In this document: piece by piece, positions 62,150-64,000 of the stretch
Numbering within the stretch: position 1 is the stretch's first letter
Layout: each line of letters starts with the position of its first letter
Assembly (NCBI RefSeq): GCF_964204645.1
Contig: NC_134027.1
Location: 21,290,560 to 21,354,559, forward strand
Origin: Tubulanus polymorphus
Lineage: Eukaryota; Animalia; Nemertea
Length of the DNA: 64,000 nt
Direction: 5' to 3'
Translations under genes and position numbers: made by a program
Notes under the pieces: model-generated
Told to the model about the DNA's origin: nothing
The model's database searches: none
Seen by the model: the letters and a program-made list of their open reading frames with translations, nothing else

Positions 62150-63934
62150 AGGCAGGCCAACACTAGGGTACGTTTATTTACTAGGCCAACACTACGGTTA
62201 CTGCGTTTATTCACCAGGCTAACGATAGGGTAACTACATTTACTCACTAGGCCAACACTAAGGTTACTGCGTTTATTCACCCGGCCAACACTAGGGTAAC
62301 TACGTTTATTCACAAGGCCAACACCAGGGTTACTGCGTTTATTCACCAGGCCAACACTAGGGTTACTGCGTTTATTCACCAGGCCAACACTAAGGTTACT
62401 GCGTTTATTCACCAGGCCAACACTAGGGTTACAGCGTTTATTAAACAGGCCAACAATAGGGTAAGTACGTTTACTCACTAGACTAACACAAGGGTTACTG
62501 CATTTATTCACCAGGCCAACACTAGGGTAACTGCGTTTATTAAACAGGCCAACACTAGGGTTACTGCGTTTATTTAACAGGCCAACACTAGGGTAACTAC
62601 GTTTATTAAACAGGTCAACATTGGTTTGACTACAATTACTCACTAGGCCAACACTAGGGTTACTGCGTTTATTCACCAGGCCAATACTAGGGTTACTGCG
62701 TTTATTAAACAGGCCAGCACTGGGGTTACTGCGTTTATTAAACGGGTCAACATTAGTTTGACTACAATTACTCACTAGGCCAACACTAGGGTTACTGCGT
62801 TTATTCACCAGGCCTATACTAGGGTTACTGCGTTTATTAAACAGGCCAACACTGGGGTTACTGCGTTTATTAAACGGGTCAACATTAGTTTGACAACAAT
62901 TACTCACTAGGCCAACACTAGGGTTACTGCGTTTATTAACCACGCCAACACTAGGGTTACTGCGTTTATTCACCAGGACAACACTAAGGTTACTGTGTTT
63001 ATTAAACAGGCCAACACTAGGGTTACTGCGTTTATCTAACAGGCCAACACTAGGGTTACTGCGTTTATTAAACAGGTCAACATTAGTTTGACAACATTTA
63101 CTCACTAGGCCAACACTAGGGTTACTGCGTTTATTAAACAGGCCAAAACTAGGGTTACTGCGTTTATTTAACAGGCCAACACTAGGGTAAATACGTTTAT
63201 TAAACAGGTCAACATTAGTTTGACTACAATTACTCACTAGGCCAACACTAGGGTTACTGCGTTTATTAAACAGGCCAACACTAGGGTTACTGCGTTTATT
63301 TAACAGGCCAACACTAGGTTAAGTACGTTTATTAAACAGGTCAACATTAGTTTGACAACATTTACTTACTAGGCCAACTCTAGGGTTACTGCGTTTATTT
63401 GACAGGTCATCACTAGGGTAACTACGTTTATTCACCAGGCCAACACTAGGGTTACTGCGTTTATTCACCAGGCCAACACTAGGGTAACTGCGTTTATTCA
63501 CCAGGCCAACACTAGGGTAACTGCGTTTATATGGTAACTACGTTTACTCACTAGGCTTACACTAGGGTTACTGCATTTATTCACCAGGCCAACACTAGGT
63601 TAACTACGTTTATTAAACAGGCCAACATTAGTTTGACAACATTTACTCACTAGACCAACACTAGGGTTACTGCGTTTATTCACCAGGCCAACACTAGGGT
63701 AACTACAGTTATTTACCAGGCCAACACTAGGGTTACTGCGTTTATTAAACAGGCCAACACTAGGGTAACTGCTTTAATTTAACAGGCCAACACTAGGGTA
63801 ACTACGTTTATTCACCAGGCCAACACTAAGGTTACTGCGTTTATTAAACAGGCCAACACTAGGCTAATTACGTTCATTTAACAGGCAAACACTAGGAGTA
63901 ACTACGTTTATTAGACAGGCCAAGACTAGGGGTT
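62150..63934. repeat. 33-bp minisatellite (~54 units) with variant units
   Basis: Consensus TAAACAGGCCAACACTAGGGTTACTGCGTTTAT, with TCACCAGG and CATTAGTTTGAC variants; a truncated unit lies near 63530. Confidence 0.97.
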
Positions 63935-64000
63935 AGAAATATAATTGTGCGGACGGGGCAGTATACGAACAAGCGTATCAAGTTTCCACTAGACCATCGA

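Noticed and set aside
62150-63934. 33-bp repeat array as a CRISPR array
   Set aside because: The units are head-to-tail with no unique spacers, no cas genes are present, and the context is eukaryotic.

Overview
AT-rich, intron-containing animal genomic DNA, probably a marine invertebrate (lophotrochozoan-like; inference). No prokaryotic features, CRISPR arrays or rRNA are visible. Hand-spliced gene models: (1) an 18-exon copine (+, 2378-25007, 703 aa) with an unusual ~170-aa GYPP-rich low-complexity tail; (2) a 3-exon, ~1948-aa GRL101-type receptor (-, 30824-37157; CUB, C-type lectin, LDLa, LRR, 7TM); (3) a CAP/SCP-EGF-ShKT-like secreted protein (+, ~50143-55245). There are also five copies of intronless class A peptide-receptor-like GPCRs (three intact, one with a single frameshift, one decayed). 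Three lie inside introns (copine; a decayed NUAK-kinase fragment) and one lies beside a decayed Ig-superfamily gene. Repeats include a three-level nest of non-autonomous DNA transposons in copine intron 1, LINE fragments, several MITE families, a tRNA-like SINE family, a pure (GAC)88 microsatellite apparently inside a dead transmembrane exon, and a 33-bp minisatellite with 132-bp higher-order periodicity. All models come from reading the sequence; nothing was searched or computed with tools.
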